The position numbers and the translations under genes were made by a program. Under the pieces are notes generated by a model. That model was not told where the DNA came from. It did no database searches and saw nothing but the letters and a program-made list of their open reading frames with translations. Below, one piece after another: positions 46,514-55,368 of a stretch of DNA of 64,000 nt. The number at the start of each line of letters is the position of its first letter. The first letter of the stretch is position 1. Source of the DNA: a virus; the IMG/VR virus record IMGVR_UViG_3300020391_000004, positions 1 through 64,000 of that record; one strand, given 5' to 3'.

Positions 46514-48024
46514 TACTTTTTGCCTTTTAAGAAGTTTCTAAATTTAGATTGCATTGATTCCGTCTTAACATCTTTAGGCTTAGGACCCTTACCAGATATC
46601 ATTCTTCCAAAGTCTATATTTTTTGTTTTAGTTTCAGTTTTTTTCTTTTTACCTGTTGGCTTATAACCACTTGCGAATGCTGCCTTGCGTTGTGCATCAC
46701 TTGCAAATCCTTCGTCTGTGTTTGCAGCTCTTGTACGATCTCTTTGTTCTTCATCTGGGCCGTCTGAGTCTGCTGGGTTTCGGCGATTAGCATCTTTTTC
46801 TGCCTGGTAGTAATACTTGGTACTAATTTTATCTCTTAACTTTTGTGCTTCTGGACCAATACTTCCTTCATTAGAATGCATTGCATTTATACCATTTATA
46901 ATCATTAATTCTGGACCTGTACCATACAATTGTGTCACCATCTTAGCAACTTTGCCATGCTGATTTTCATCTTCAAGTTCTTTTACTTTAGCAAAAAACT
47001 TTTTTATATCATATCCAAATTCACTTGTTGGTATTGCTTCTGAGATTCCTTCATATACAGGAACAATTTTTTGTGCTCTAGAAGCTACTGCATATAAACC
47101 TTGAATATGCTTATACATTGTTGCTAATTGGTCTGTTAAGTCACCGTTGTCCATGTCGCTTATTTCATTAATTTTTTCATTGAGGGTGGCAATATCTCTT
47201 ATAAACATACGTAACTGATTTTGCATCTGTCTTGCTTTTACTTTTTCGTAATCAGCAGGTTCTTGTTCATTTATATCAGCAGTCACTTTTTTCTTTTTAT
47301 TGTATTTGTCTTTTATTTTGCCAATCTCTTCAGCACTTGCACCACTACCAGCTGCACTTTGTATCTTGGTCATGCCTTCTTTACCATATTTTCTTACACC
47401 ACCTTTGTATAAGACACCACTTTCACCTACTGCTTTATCTTCCATCTTTACTTGGCCCATTGCAAAGTTTTGAACTTTCATCATACCTGCTTTTGTTTGC
47501 AACATGCGTTCTAGTTTGGCTTTGTTTGCATCATTTACTGCATCATAAACTTTTGTAATAGCACTAGCAGTAAACAAATCTACTTTCATAGTTCCATCTT
47601 GAAACTTTACTGGCATATTTTGTTTGTTTGTTACAATTTTTTTAAGTGTATCTATTGCGCCTTCGTTGATTTCTATATGTTCTCTTGTTCTCACTGCACT
47701 TCTCGCCATTTGTGTTATACGTTCATCCGGAGATGGTTGGTTACTTGGTTTTGTGTTATCTACTGCTTTGTTATCACCATCTGCACTCATAAACGTTACA
47801 GTATCTTTATCAAATTTTGCAATAACATTTGCTAGTTGTGGATTTGTATCATAAACTGTTTTAAATCCTTCATAGTCCATAACTACGCCTGCGTTCTTTA
47901 GCATTTGTAAAAAGCCGTTCATGCTAAGTTGGCCTTGCTGGTTTCTAGAACCTGCTTTGGTCTGAGCCAGCATGGCTGCACTCATTATGGCATCAACTGC
48001 ACTATCTACTTCAAAGAATCGCAT
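46513..48024 (-). CDS. Putative internal head protein, modular (MRFFEV N-terminus)
   Basis: Short modules separated by INE/ISE/TDE-type sites. Confidence 0.55.
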   Translation of the reverse strand: MRFFEVDSAVDAIMSAAMLAQTKAGSRNQQGQLSMNGFLQMLKNAGVVMDYEGFKTVYDTNPQLANVIAKFDKDTVTFMSADGDNKAVDNTKPSNQPSPDERITQMARSAVRTREHIEINEGAIDTLKKIVTNKQNMPVKFQDGTMKVDLFTASAITKVYDAVNDANKAKLERMLQTKAGMMKVQNFAMGQVKMEDKAVGESGVLYKGGVRKYGKEGMTKIQSAAGSGASAEEIGKIKDKYNKKKKVTADINEQEPADYEKVKARQMQNQLRMFIRDIATLNEKINEISDMDNGDLTDQLATMYKHIQGLYAVASRAQKIVPVYEGISEAIPTSEFGYDIKKFFAKVKELEDENQHGKVAKMVTQLYGTGPELMIINGINAMHSNEGSIGPEAQKLRDKISTKYYYQAEKDANRRNPADSDGPDEEQRDRTRAANTDEGFASDAQRKAAFASGYKPTGKKKKTETKTKNIDFGRMISGKGPKPKDVKTESMQSKFRNFLKGKK

Positions 48025-48722
48025 TAATTACTTAATCCCATTACTCCACTACGACCTAGCATTCCTTTTAATTCATCTAATTCAGCATCGCCTTCTTGTG
48101 CTACTTTTTCTGTAGCGCCTGCAGACTCACCTATATCATACATAAACAATTTGTCATATACTTCTGGATGATCTTGTTTAATTGCGGCTTTCATATCACG
48201 CATAAGTTCTTCTCTTGGCACTGTATCACCGACACCAAATTCTGCAGTCGATACAATGTCATTACCATCAGCATCACCTTGTTTCATAAGTCTTTCAATT
48301 GCTTCAATCTTATCTTCTAGATCATCAATATTTACATAACTTACAATATCATCATCCATATCATAAATCTTCATTTGTATTGCATTTGGATCTGTCATAC
48401 CTTGTTGTTTTAAACCTTTTTCAAGGTTATTATATCTGTCATGCCATTCATCAGCATCCTTTTCATATTCGGCTAAAAGTTTTTCAATTGCTGGCTTAAC
48501 ATCATCTAATTTGACATTGTCTCTATCTAATCTTCCGGCTCGTGTTGCTTCATCTTCTTCACGACCACTATTAGTAACTTCTTCTGGGGAGGCTTCTTCT
48601 ACTTCTTGTTCTTCAACAGGTAGTTCCAATTCAGTAATCTCATCTGAGTCAACAACTTCGGTCTTGTTAGTTATTTCGTCTATCCTATCTTGTAATTTTC
48701 TTAGATCTAATGGTGTATACAT
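48024..48722 (-). CDS. Acidic putative head protein
   Basis: Very acidic; L.GMLG end. Confidence 0.5.
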   Translation of the reverse strand: MYTPLDLRKLQDRIDEITNKTEVVDSDEITELELPVEEQEVEEASPEEVTNSGREEDEATRAGRLDRDNVKLDDVKPAIEKLLAEYEKDADEWHDRYNNLEKGLKQQGMTDPNAIQMKIYDMDDDIVSYVNIDDLEDKIEAIERLMKQGDADGNDIVSTAEFGVGDTVPREELMRDMKAAIKQDHPEVYDKLFMYDIGESAGATEKVAQEGDAELDELKGMLGRSGVMGLSN

Positions 48723-48724
48723 TA

Positions 48725-49561
48725 TTAGTCCCTCTTTTCTCTGCCGACTTCAGCTTCTGGTCCGCCCATTGCCGCATCTGCCGCAGCAAAGTCATCGTCA
48801 GCATCTTGGTCTACTGTTGGTTCCATATCTGGTTCGTCAGCTATAATAGGATCATCGCCCATTGGTTCTGCAGGTTGATCACCTACTAACACTCTAGTTG
48901 CAGTTTCTGCAGTCGCTCTATCAGCTTTCATAACTGCTAGTGTGCTTTCTAATGCTTGTGTCATCTGTTGTGTAAAATTATCTGCTACGTCACTACCCAT
49001 TTCGTCACGTACTTTATCTGCTACAGGTGCTAAGTCTTCGTTAGCCATTTCACTAAGGTCTTTAATCATTTGGTCGTACTTGTCAACCATGCTTTTAGCA
49101 GCCATTACTAATTCACTAGTTTCAACTGCACCTTCGTTTACTTGTATATCTTCTGACTCACCAAATCTTTTCTTTGCACGTTCTTCATCATCCTTACCTT
49201 TATCAGTAATAGGATAAGTTTTTCCGTTAAAACTAAAACTATTTTTACCATCTGCTATTGCTTTTTCTCTAGCAGTATTGAATGCATTCTCTTCTACTTC
49301 CTCTTCGTCAACCATACGTTCGTTAATATGTTTTGATAGTGCTTCTAGTGCTAGTTTAATTTCGTAATATTTTGTACGCTTTTGTGCTTCACTACCAAGT
49401 TGACTTTCATATAAAATCATCTGTGATTGTAAATTACTATGTAATTTTTTTGCTTTAGTTTCTGAAATATTTTCTAAGTCTAATGAATATCCAAACACAC
49501 GCTTTGCTATTTTGTTTACTTTTTGTGCATTAGGCGCTGGAACAAGTTCGTCTAGGTTCAT
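48725..49561 (-). CDS. Putative head scaffolding/internal protein
   Basis: Acidic, helical; VNE site; acidic C-terminal tail. Confidence 0.55.
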   Translation of the reverse strand: MNLDELVPAPNAQKVNKIAKRVFGYSLDLENISETKAKKLHSNLQSQMILYESQLGSEAQKRTKYYEIKLALEALSKHINERMVDEEEVEENAFNTAREKAIADGKNSFSFNGKTYPITDKGKDDEERAKKRFGESEDIQVNEGAVETSELVMAAKSMVDKYDQMIKDLSEMANEDLAPVADKVRDEMGSDVADNFTQQMTQALESTLAVMKADRATAETATRVLVGDQPAEPMGDDPIIADEPDMEPTVDQDADDDFAAADAAMGGPEAEVGREKRD

Positions 49562-49597
49562 GGGTCTATCCTTGTAAATTCTATTATAGTGTATTTA

Positions 49598-50026
49598 TTA
49601 AACTGAAATAGTTTTAAGAAGTTGTGTGAGTTGTGCATCAGCATGATATAGTCTAGGCATATCACTACTAATTCTATTACTCATAGTAATTTGTCTACCG
49701 TTTTTTGCTTTACGCATATGATAATAATACACATCAATGTCTGTTTTCATTTTTAGAAGATGTTGATCTAACTCTTTTATTTTACGTGCTTTACTTCTGT
49801 CTTCACGTAATAAGCAAAGTGCATATCCTACCGCACTTTTACGTCTATAGAATTTACATCCGCTACAGTTCCATTCCCCATGTATATTTTTTATATGGTA
49901 ATTGTTAACTTGTACGGAACCATTATCAAGTTTTCGTATCTTTACTTCAGGTACGAAGTCTAGTACACGACTAATTCTATTGTGGAGTTCCTGTTTGTTT
50001 TGATATTTTGTAGTAGATTTTTTCAT
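49598..50026 (-). CDS. Hypothetical protein
   Basis: Operon context. Confidence 0.6.
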   Translation of the reverse strand: MKKSTTKYQNKQELHNRISRVLDFVPEVKIRKLDNGSVQVNNYHIKNIHGEWNCSGCKFYRRKSAVGYALCLLREDRSKARKIKELDQHLLKMKTDIDVYYYHMRKAKNGRQITMSNRISSDMPRLYHADAQLTQLLKTISV

Positions 50027-50201
50027 CAGTCCTTTGCCTAATTAAGATAGATTTATTTGCAAGATTACTTGCAACTTTTTGTTCTCTCTCACTCAATTCT
50101 TTTTTAAGCACTTGACCTTTTTCCTTAATGGCTTCAATCAAGTCTTGCTCTTCTCCTGATACAAAGGTACTAAAACCTTTTGTAAATTCTACATATCTCA
50201 T
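49977..50201 (-). CDS. Hypothetical protein (MRYVEF N-terminus)
   Basis: ATGA coupling; shared N-terminal motif. Confidence 0.6.
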   Translation of the reverse strand: MRYVEFTKGFSTFVSGEEQDLIEAIKEKGQVLKKELSEREQKVASNLANKSILIRQRTDEKIYYKISKQTGTPQ

Positions 50202-50482
50202 CTAATACTACTAACATTTATATCTATCATTTGACCTGTTGCCTGCCTTATTAAGTTTGCTCTTTCTGCAGGAGTCAGTTCATCTGTAATAGTAATCATA
50301 TTGTTAGGGCCTGTTAGGTCTATTTTTTTATCTGCTAATGGCATTGTAAATTGTATACGTTGATCATTTGGATCAGCGAATGTTGCCGTGAAACCTTGTG
50401 TCTTAACAAGTATATACTGTGCTTCATTTATCTGCACAGTTTTTCCTGCTATCATTCCATATTGTGCTTCTAATAATTTCAT
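50198..50482 (-). CDS. Hypothetical protein (MKLLEA N-terminus)
   Basis: ATGA coupling; shared N-terminal motif. Confidence 0.6.
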   Translation of the reverse strand: MKLLEAQYGMIAGKTVQINEAQYILVKTQGFTATFADPNDQRIQFTMPLADKKIDLTGPNNMITITDELTPAERANLIRQATGQMIDINVSSIR

Positions 50483-50748
50483 CTACTAGACCTATTTAAT
50501 GCCGCTACTCGTTTACTTGCAGGATTGACTCTTTTTGTTTTCTTAGCTTTACGTGCCATTTTTTTACCAAGTTTTAATTTGGTCATTTTTAATTTAATTC
50601 TTTTTTTAATATCTGGTGCGGCAAAACATTGTGCCGGTGAACTGACAATACGACTTTTCCTATTGCCACTTGTGCAACGAAACTTACGGACAACTTTGTT
50701 GCCACGTTTGGCCCAAGCCATACCTTCTGTAATCTCACTTAACAACAT
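50479..50748 (-). CDS. Basic Cys-containing protein (MLLSEITE N-terminus)
   Basis: Very Lys/Arg-rich, RCTSG...QC; TATAAATA-CAGT-ATG start. Confidence 0.65.
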   Translation of the reverse strand: MLLSEITEGMAWAKRGNKVVRKFRCTSGNRKSRIVSSPAQCFAAPDIKKRIKLKMTKLKLGKKMARKAKKTKRVNPASKRVAALNRSSR

Positions 50749-50771
50749 ACTGTATTTATACTATAGAATTA

Positions 50772-51026
50772 TTAGCTATTTAAAACCATAAACAGTAGAG
50801 CACCACAACTAGCAACTAATGCACTAATTATACCTATACCCCAACCAATCAATTGCTGATTGCGTTCTGTTTTTTGTTTTATAATCATGTCTCGCATTTC
50901 CATTAACATTTTTTCAAATTTATCCATGCGACTGCCCAAGTTCTTCAATTCTCTATGCAACCCATTATACCTTTCAGAACACAAATCTACATGTGCTTCT
51001 AAAGATTCTTTTTCTAAATCGGACAT
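50772..51026 (-). CDS. Coiled-coil plus C-terminal TM protein (XhlA/holin-like topology)
   Basis: 84 aa; heptad region followed by one TM. Confidence 0.5.
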   Translation of the reverse strand: MSDLEKESLEAHVDLCSERYNGLHRELKNLGSRMDKFEKMLMEMRDMIIKQKTERNQQLIGWGIGIISALVASCGALLFMVLNS

Positions 51027-51127
51027 TTTCTAATCACCTTCCTTGGGGTGATGTCTAGATATTTCTTTAATTTAGTTTGTGCCTGTTTTATTTTTATGTG
51101 TGCCTATTTTTCTAGCATCAGTTTTAT

Positions 51128-51625
51128 TTATGCTACAGTAACGGCTTCAAAAAACTGTATGTTAATATGTTCACTATCTTTTGTATGAAATACACTAGGT
51201 AAAAGATCAATTGTATTATTTAAATTTGGAACAACAGGGATCATATCAAAAACGTCATGCAATCTTTCAAGTTTTTTTCCAAAAACTCCTTGATGTTCGC
51301 TACCAATAGCAAATGTCCAAAAGTTTAGACTAGGCTTTAGCATTTCAAATTCAAATTTATATCTAGTCCCTAGTATCTTATATAGCACACTGCCTTTCAT
51401 AATATCCTTATTTGTAAATGTATCATGCAAAGGCGATTCTAATACAATAGGTTGTGTCAAAATACCTATAGTTTGCAATATTGTGTCCCAATTACGTTGT
51501 TGATTACGTTCAATACTGTCACCTCTTGTAACTCCAGTAGGTGTACAATCTACTAGTGTGATTCCCCATACTGCAGTTGGTACATCAAACATTATATGGA
51601 TCCTCATCTCTAAGCCACTGACCAA
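51128..51625 (-). CDS. Conserved phage hypothetical protein
   Basis: TLVDCT.TG...RNQQRNWDT.LQ.I motif. Confidence 0.65.
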   Translation of the reverse strand: MVSGLEMRIHIMFDVPTAVWGITLVDCTPTGVTRGDSIERNQQRNWDTILQTIGILTQPIVLESPLHDTFTNKDIMKGSVLYKILGTRYKFEFEMLKPSLNFWTFAIGSEHQGVFGKKLERLHDVFDMIPVVPNLNNTIDLLPSVFHTKDSEHINIQFFEAVTVA

Positions 51626-51992
51626 CTTTAATTAGTTCATTACTATCCTCAAAACAAATTGCATCCACACTAGTGTAACCCATAAACTTTATTGCTTGTA
51701 ATCTATTAGTACCCATTTTAAGTGCCCATATCATTCCATCATCACACACTATCGGAGGATTAATTTTATCCCACATATCTTTATACATTTTCCAACTAGC
51801 AAATTTTGTATTCCACCATTCAGGTGTAACTTTATAATATAGTAAAGGGTACCATAAACCGTTGTCAATAATTTTTGGTAAATCTCTCCATGCCCAACGA
51901 TTATCATCTTTCCATGTCATTGGACTAAAATTACTTACAGGTACACTATGAATATTTTGTAGGTCTCTATATTTGGCAGTACAGTGTTTCAT
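51585..51992 (-). CDS. Hypothetical protein, weakly ParB-like
   Basis: GL.YPL, GTNRLQA..F.GY. Confidence 0.4.
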   Translation of the reverse strand: MKHCTAKYRDLQNIHSVPVSNFSPMTWKDDNRWAWRDLPKIIDNGLWYPLLYYKVTPEWWNTKFASWKMYKDMWDKINPPIVCDDGMIWALKMGTNRLQAIKFMGYTSVDAICFEDSNELIKVGQWLRDEDPYNV

Positions 51993-52011
51993 TATAACTG
52001 TATTTAATCAT

Positions 52012-52041
52012 AAAAAAAGCGGTGCTAAAAAACACCGCTTT
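52012..52041 (-). terminator. Rho-independent terminator
   Basis: AAAGCGGTG...CACCGCTTT followed by a T-tract after the triplet of small genes. Confidence 0.85.
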
Positions 52042-52064
52042 AAATTTACGTATGTAATTACTAA

Positions 52065-52457
52065 TTAAGCAATAGCATCCTGCTTGTTCTCGGATGGTCC
52101 ACCACGTATTACTGTTGCTGAACTAAAGTTTAGTCCATCAACTGTACCTAATGCTCTTAGTGCTGTTTGCATTACTGTCATAGTAGCGAAGTCTGCAACA
52201 TCTTCATCGTCACCAACAATACCTTCAATACCAATTATTTGCTTTGTGTTACTGTCAAATAATGGTCCGAGGTAAATGATTGTTCCGAATCTACCTATTG
52301 TTTTAAAACATGCATCTAATGCTGACGCTGGACCAGTTTTTGCATTTACTGCTGCCAAGTAGTCAACTTCAATGTATGTTATTTCTTCTGCACTACCGCC
52401 CAATGACACCGGAAAAGTTGGTGTTGATACTGGGTGTATTCTTGTTAATTCTGCCAT
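52065..52457 (-). CDS. Small virion protein, paralog C
   Basis: MAELTR start; QTALRALG end motif shared with 52800. Confidence 0.65.
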   Translation of the reverse strand: MAELTRIHPVSTPTFPVSLGGSAEEITYIEVDYLAAVNAKTGPASALDACFKTIGRFGTIIYLGPLFDSNTKQIIGIEGIVGDDEDVADFATMTVMQTALRALGTVDGLNFSSATVIRGGPSENKQDAIA

Positions 52458-52474
52458 TTTTTTATTCCTTTATA

Positions 52475-52774
52475 TTATTCAAAATGTGCTACAACAGATG
52501 ATGTAATACCTGTCGCGCCTATACCAAAATTTGATCCTGCCGCTGGTGCAACGCCTTCAGAAAGTACGTGTACTGCATCAGATGCACCTGCGTTAAATCC
52601 ACCTGTCGTATCATCAGCTATTGCAACGACTGTAGCAGTCTGCTGAATAAATCTTATTGCGGCATCAAGTTCATCTTGTGTGATATTTGATTTGGCTAAC
52701 TTTGTTATGTGAAGTGCTTTACCATGTGAGTTAAACACTTTTACGTTTCCTGTGAAATCTGTATTTACAGCCAT
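52475..52774 (-). CDS. Small virion protein, paralog B
   Basis: AGGAGA RBS; same cluster. Confidence 0.55.
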   Translation of the reverse strand: MAVNTDFTGNVKVFNSHGKALHITKLAKSNITQDELDAAIRFIQQTATVVAIADDTTGGFNAGASDAVHVLSEGVAPAAGSNFGIGATGITSSVVAHFE

Positions 52775-52799
52775 TTGTTAGTCTCCTATATTATAACTA

Positions 52800-53207
52800 T
52801 TATACAAATTCTAAGCCGCTAGAGGATACACTTGATCCTGATACGTCTACACTGTTACCACCTACTGAAGTACCTAGAGCACGTATTGCTGCTTGTAATG
52901 TTGTTGTTGTCCATGCACCTTTAGGGTATACTGCAACTGATATCTGACCAGTTGTATCACCTTCTACTTGATACATTTCAATATTTGCTTTGGTTGTAAT
53001 TTCCTGAAACATTTTCTCTACTGACTCACCAGCATCTAATTCGTTACGAATATCGTTTACGTCACCAGATACATCTTGTTGGATGATTTTAAAGAAATCC
53101 AGGTCTGGACCTGTCAGTATGACTAATTCGTCACCACTAATAGCACCGGTGGTTCCACCGGATCCTTGTCCTTTTACGTTACCATTTGTACGGGTAATTT
53201 CCGCCAT
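52800..53207 (-). CDS. Small virion protein, paralog A
   Basis: MAEITRTNG start; LQAAIRALG end motif. Confidence 0.65.
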   Translation of the reverse strand: MAEITRTNGNVKGQGSGGTTGAISGDELVILTGPDLDFFKIIQQDVSGDVNDIRNELDAGESVEKMFQEITTKANIEMYQVEGDTTGQISVAVYPKGAWTTTTLQAAIRALGTSVGGNSVDVSGSSVSSSGLEFV

Positions 53208-53274
53208 TTAGTTTCTCCTAGTTGTTTTTGTAAGTATAACTTACATGCATATATTTATATAAAACTAAGAAAAT

Positions 53275-54000
53275 CTAATCTATCATTTTTCCTATGGCTA
53301 CACCTGTAGCAAACCCTGCGGCTGCTTTAGCCCATAACGGAAGTTTTTTATCTTGAGGAATAAGTTTTTTATTTTTAATCGTGCCCATGTATTGTCTACT
53401 AATATCACTGCGGAACTTTCCATCTACACGTTGACTATTAACCATTCTAGCACTTAATCCTGCACGTTCGCCTTGTCCTGTGCGTCCATAGTCAGCACTA
53501 ACACGCCTTGCTTGTTTTAGAAAACTACTGTTTATTCCTAAATCCTTTTGTGTTTTAATTAAAAATGATCTGTCCATTGCCATGTTATCTCTACCAGATG
53601 CAATATCTCTGAGATATCTTTTGAATTGTATTTCGTTAAAGTTTACACTGCCTGAACTAGTCACACCTTTATATTTGTTGGGATTATTAATTATACTTGC
53701 TAAGTTATGTAAATCTGTACCACCTGGCTTAATTCCTGAGAAGTTCATAAATTTTAGTGTATCTTTTGCATACTTTTTTGCAAACGCAGGATTTTCAAAA
53801 CGCATCTGTTGTAGCATTAATAGTTGTTCGAAATAACTTTCTGCTACATCAGTCATATCTCTCCCTAAAGCATCACTTCCTGTACGTATGTAGCGAGCTT
53901 CAGTAATTTCATCTCTAATAAAACTATATTTCTTTTTCTTCTCTACTGTATGACCACCATACATAGTAGCCCATTCATTTGCTGTATATTTTTCTGACAT
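53275..54000 (-). CDS. Putative head-associated protein
   Basis: ITE site; operon context. Confidence 0.55.
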   Translation of the reverse strand: MSEKYTANEWATMYGGHTVEKKKKYSFIRDEITEARYIRTGSDALGRDMTDVAESYFEQLLMLQQMRFENPAFAKKYAKDTLKFMNFSGIKPGGTDLHNLASIINNPNKYKGVTSSGSVNFNEIQFKRYLRDIASGRDNMAMDRSFLIKTQKDLGINSSFLKQARRVSADYGRTGQGERAGLSARMVNSQRVDGKFRSDISRQYMGTIKNKKLIPQDKKLPLWAKAAAGFATGVAIGKMID

Positions 54001-55368
54001 TTATTTTGCTCTCAATTTATCGAAGTATCCACTTCCAGGCCCACTCTTAATTGGTTTAAAATCTAAAACTTTATCAGGTGCTTTTCTGCCTTTGTAAATT
54101 ATATCTGTATCTTTTTTTGGATCATAAGGTCTGTATTTTGGACCAGGCACTACAGAAACTGGTGTAATCGGTCTTTGTCTTAGTGGTGTTGTGTTTTTTT
54201 GCACTCTATTTTTATTTTGTACTCTATTTTTTGGATCTACCTTAGGACTTAGTTTTGGATCTAATTTTGGATCTAACTTAGGATCAAGTTTAGGATCTAA
54301 CTTAGGACTTAGTTTAGGATCTAACTTAGGACTTAGTTTAGGATCTAGCTTAGGCAATGTTTTTATTTTTACTTTTGGTTGAACTTTAGGTTTAGTAATT
54401 ACTTTGTCAAAATCCGGATCAAAATCTTGTTTAATTTTTTTCTCTAGGTCTTTTTTAATTTTATTTTGTACTTTTGGTGTGACAATAGTTGTTGAACCGT
54501 CATTGTTATTAATTGTTGTTCCTATTTTTGGTAACTTCTTGACATCTACTTTAGGTGCTTTACTTTTATCTATAACAGGACCAGTAGGCTCTTTTACTTT
54601 AGGTTCACTACTACTTCCTCCGAAACCAAATAATCCTTTAATACCGTCAATTACTTTATCTACTATGTTTTTATCTTTATTTTTAATTACATTATCGATA
54701 CGTTTATTGACTTTATCAATTGTTTTCTTAGTATCACGGACATCTTTTCCGCCACCCTGAAATTTTTTAGGAGTTTTATCGCCACCCGACACATTACTTC
54801 CACCTGGTGGTTTATTGCTTCCGCCTCCGCCAAATTTATTTCCACTTCCGATACCGGAATCTTTTCTCTTTTTAGCAATGTCTTTTAATTTATCGCCAAC
54901 CTTTTTTGCAATCTCTTCTTTTTCTTTATTTGTAAGTTTACGTTTTAATCCTTGAGGTCTAAATCTACCTGGTATATCAAATTTTTGACCTTTTTTAGGT
55001 CCTGATGTATAAGTGCCCGTAATATTAGGTTCTTTCTTAGGTTTTAAACTAGGACCAAACAGATCCCTATCGCCTTTTTTTACATTGTTTGGTTTAAACT
55101 GATTAGGCTTAACTTTGTTACCTTTTTGTAGTTCTTTAGCTACCTTATTAACACTATTAGGATTATTTTTTAACCACTGTGATACTCTACCAGCATTTTT
55201 ACGTGTTAAATTAAGACCTAGTGAACGTAGTATTTGAAACAATGCACCACCTATTGCAATTGTTCCTGGATTAATTACAAATTCATTAAGATGATCCCTC
55301 TGTGAACAATATATACCTATTGAGTCTTCTCTTAGTGTTGTTTTATTTTCAAACTCACGTAATCTCAC
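54001..55368 (-). CDS. Lys/Pro-rich low-complexity protein (MRLREF N-terminus)
   Basis: Very basic; DPKL/SPKL tandem repeats. Confidence 0.65.
   Translation of the reverse strand: MRLREFENKTTLREDSIGIYCSQRDHLNEFVINPGTIAIGGALFQILRSLGLNLTRKNAGRVSQWLKNNPNSVNKVAKELQKGNKVKPNQFKPNNVKKGDRDLFGPSLKPKKEPNITGTYTSGPKKGQKFDIPGRFRPQGLKRKLTNKEKEEIAKKVGDKLKDIAKKRKDSGIGSGNKFGGGGSNKPPGGSNVSGGDKTPKKFQGGGKDVRDTKKTIDKVNKRIDNVIKNKDKNIVDKVIDGIKGLFGFGGSSSEPKVKEPTGPVIDKSKAPKVDVKKLPKIGTTINNNDGSTTIVTPKVQNKIKKDLEKKIKQDFDPDFDKVITKPKVQPKVKIKTLPKLDPKLSPKLDPKLSPKLDPKLDPKLDPKLDPKLSPKVDPKNRVQNKNRVQKNTTPLRQRPITPVSVVPGPKYRPYDPKKDTDIIYKGRKAPDKVLDFKPIKSGPGSGYFDKLRAK
54232..54358 (-). repeat. 12-nt tandem repeat encoding (D/S)PKL, about 10 units
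   Basis: LPKLDPKLSPKLDPKLSPKLDPKLDPKLDPKLDPKLSPKVDPK with synonymous variation. Confidence 0.9.
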
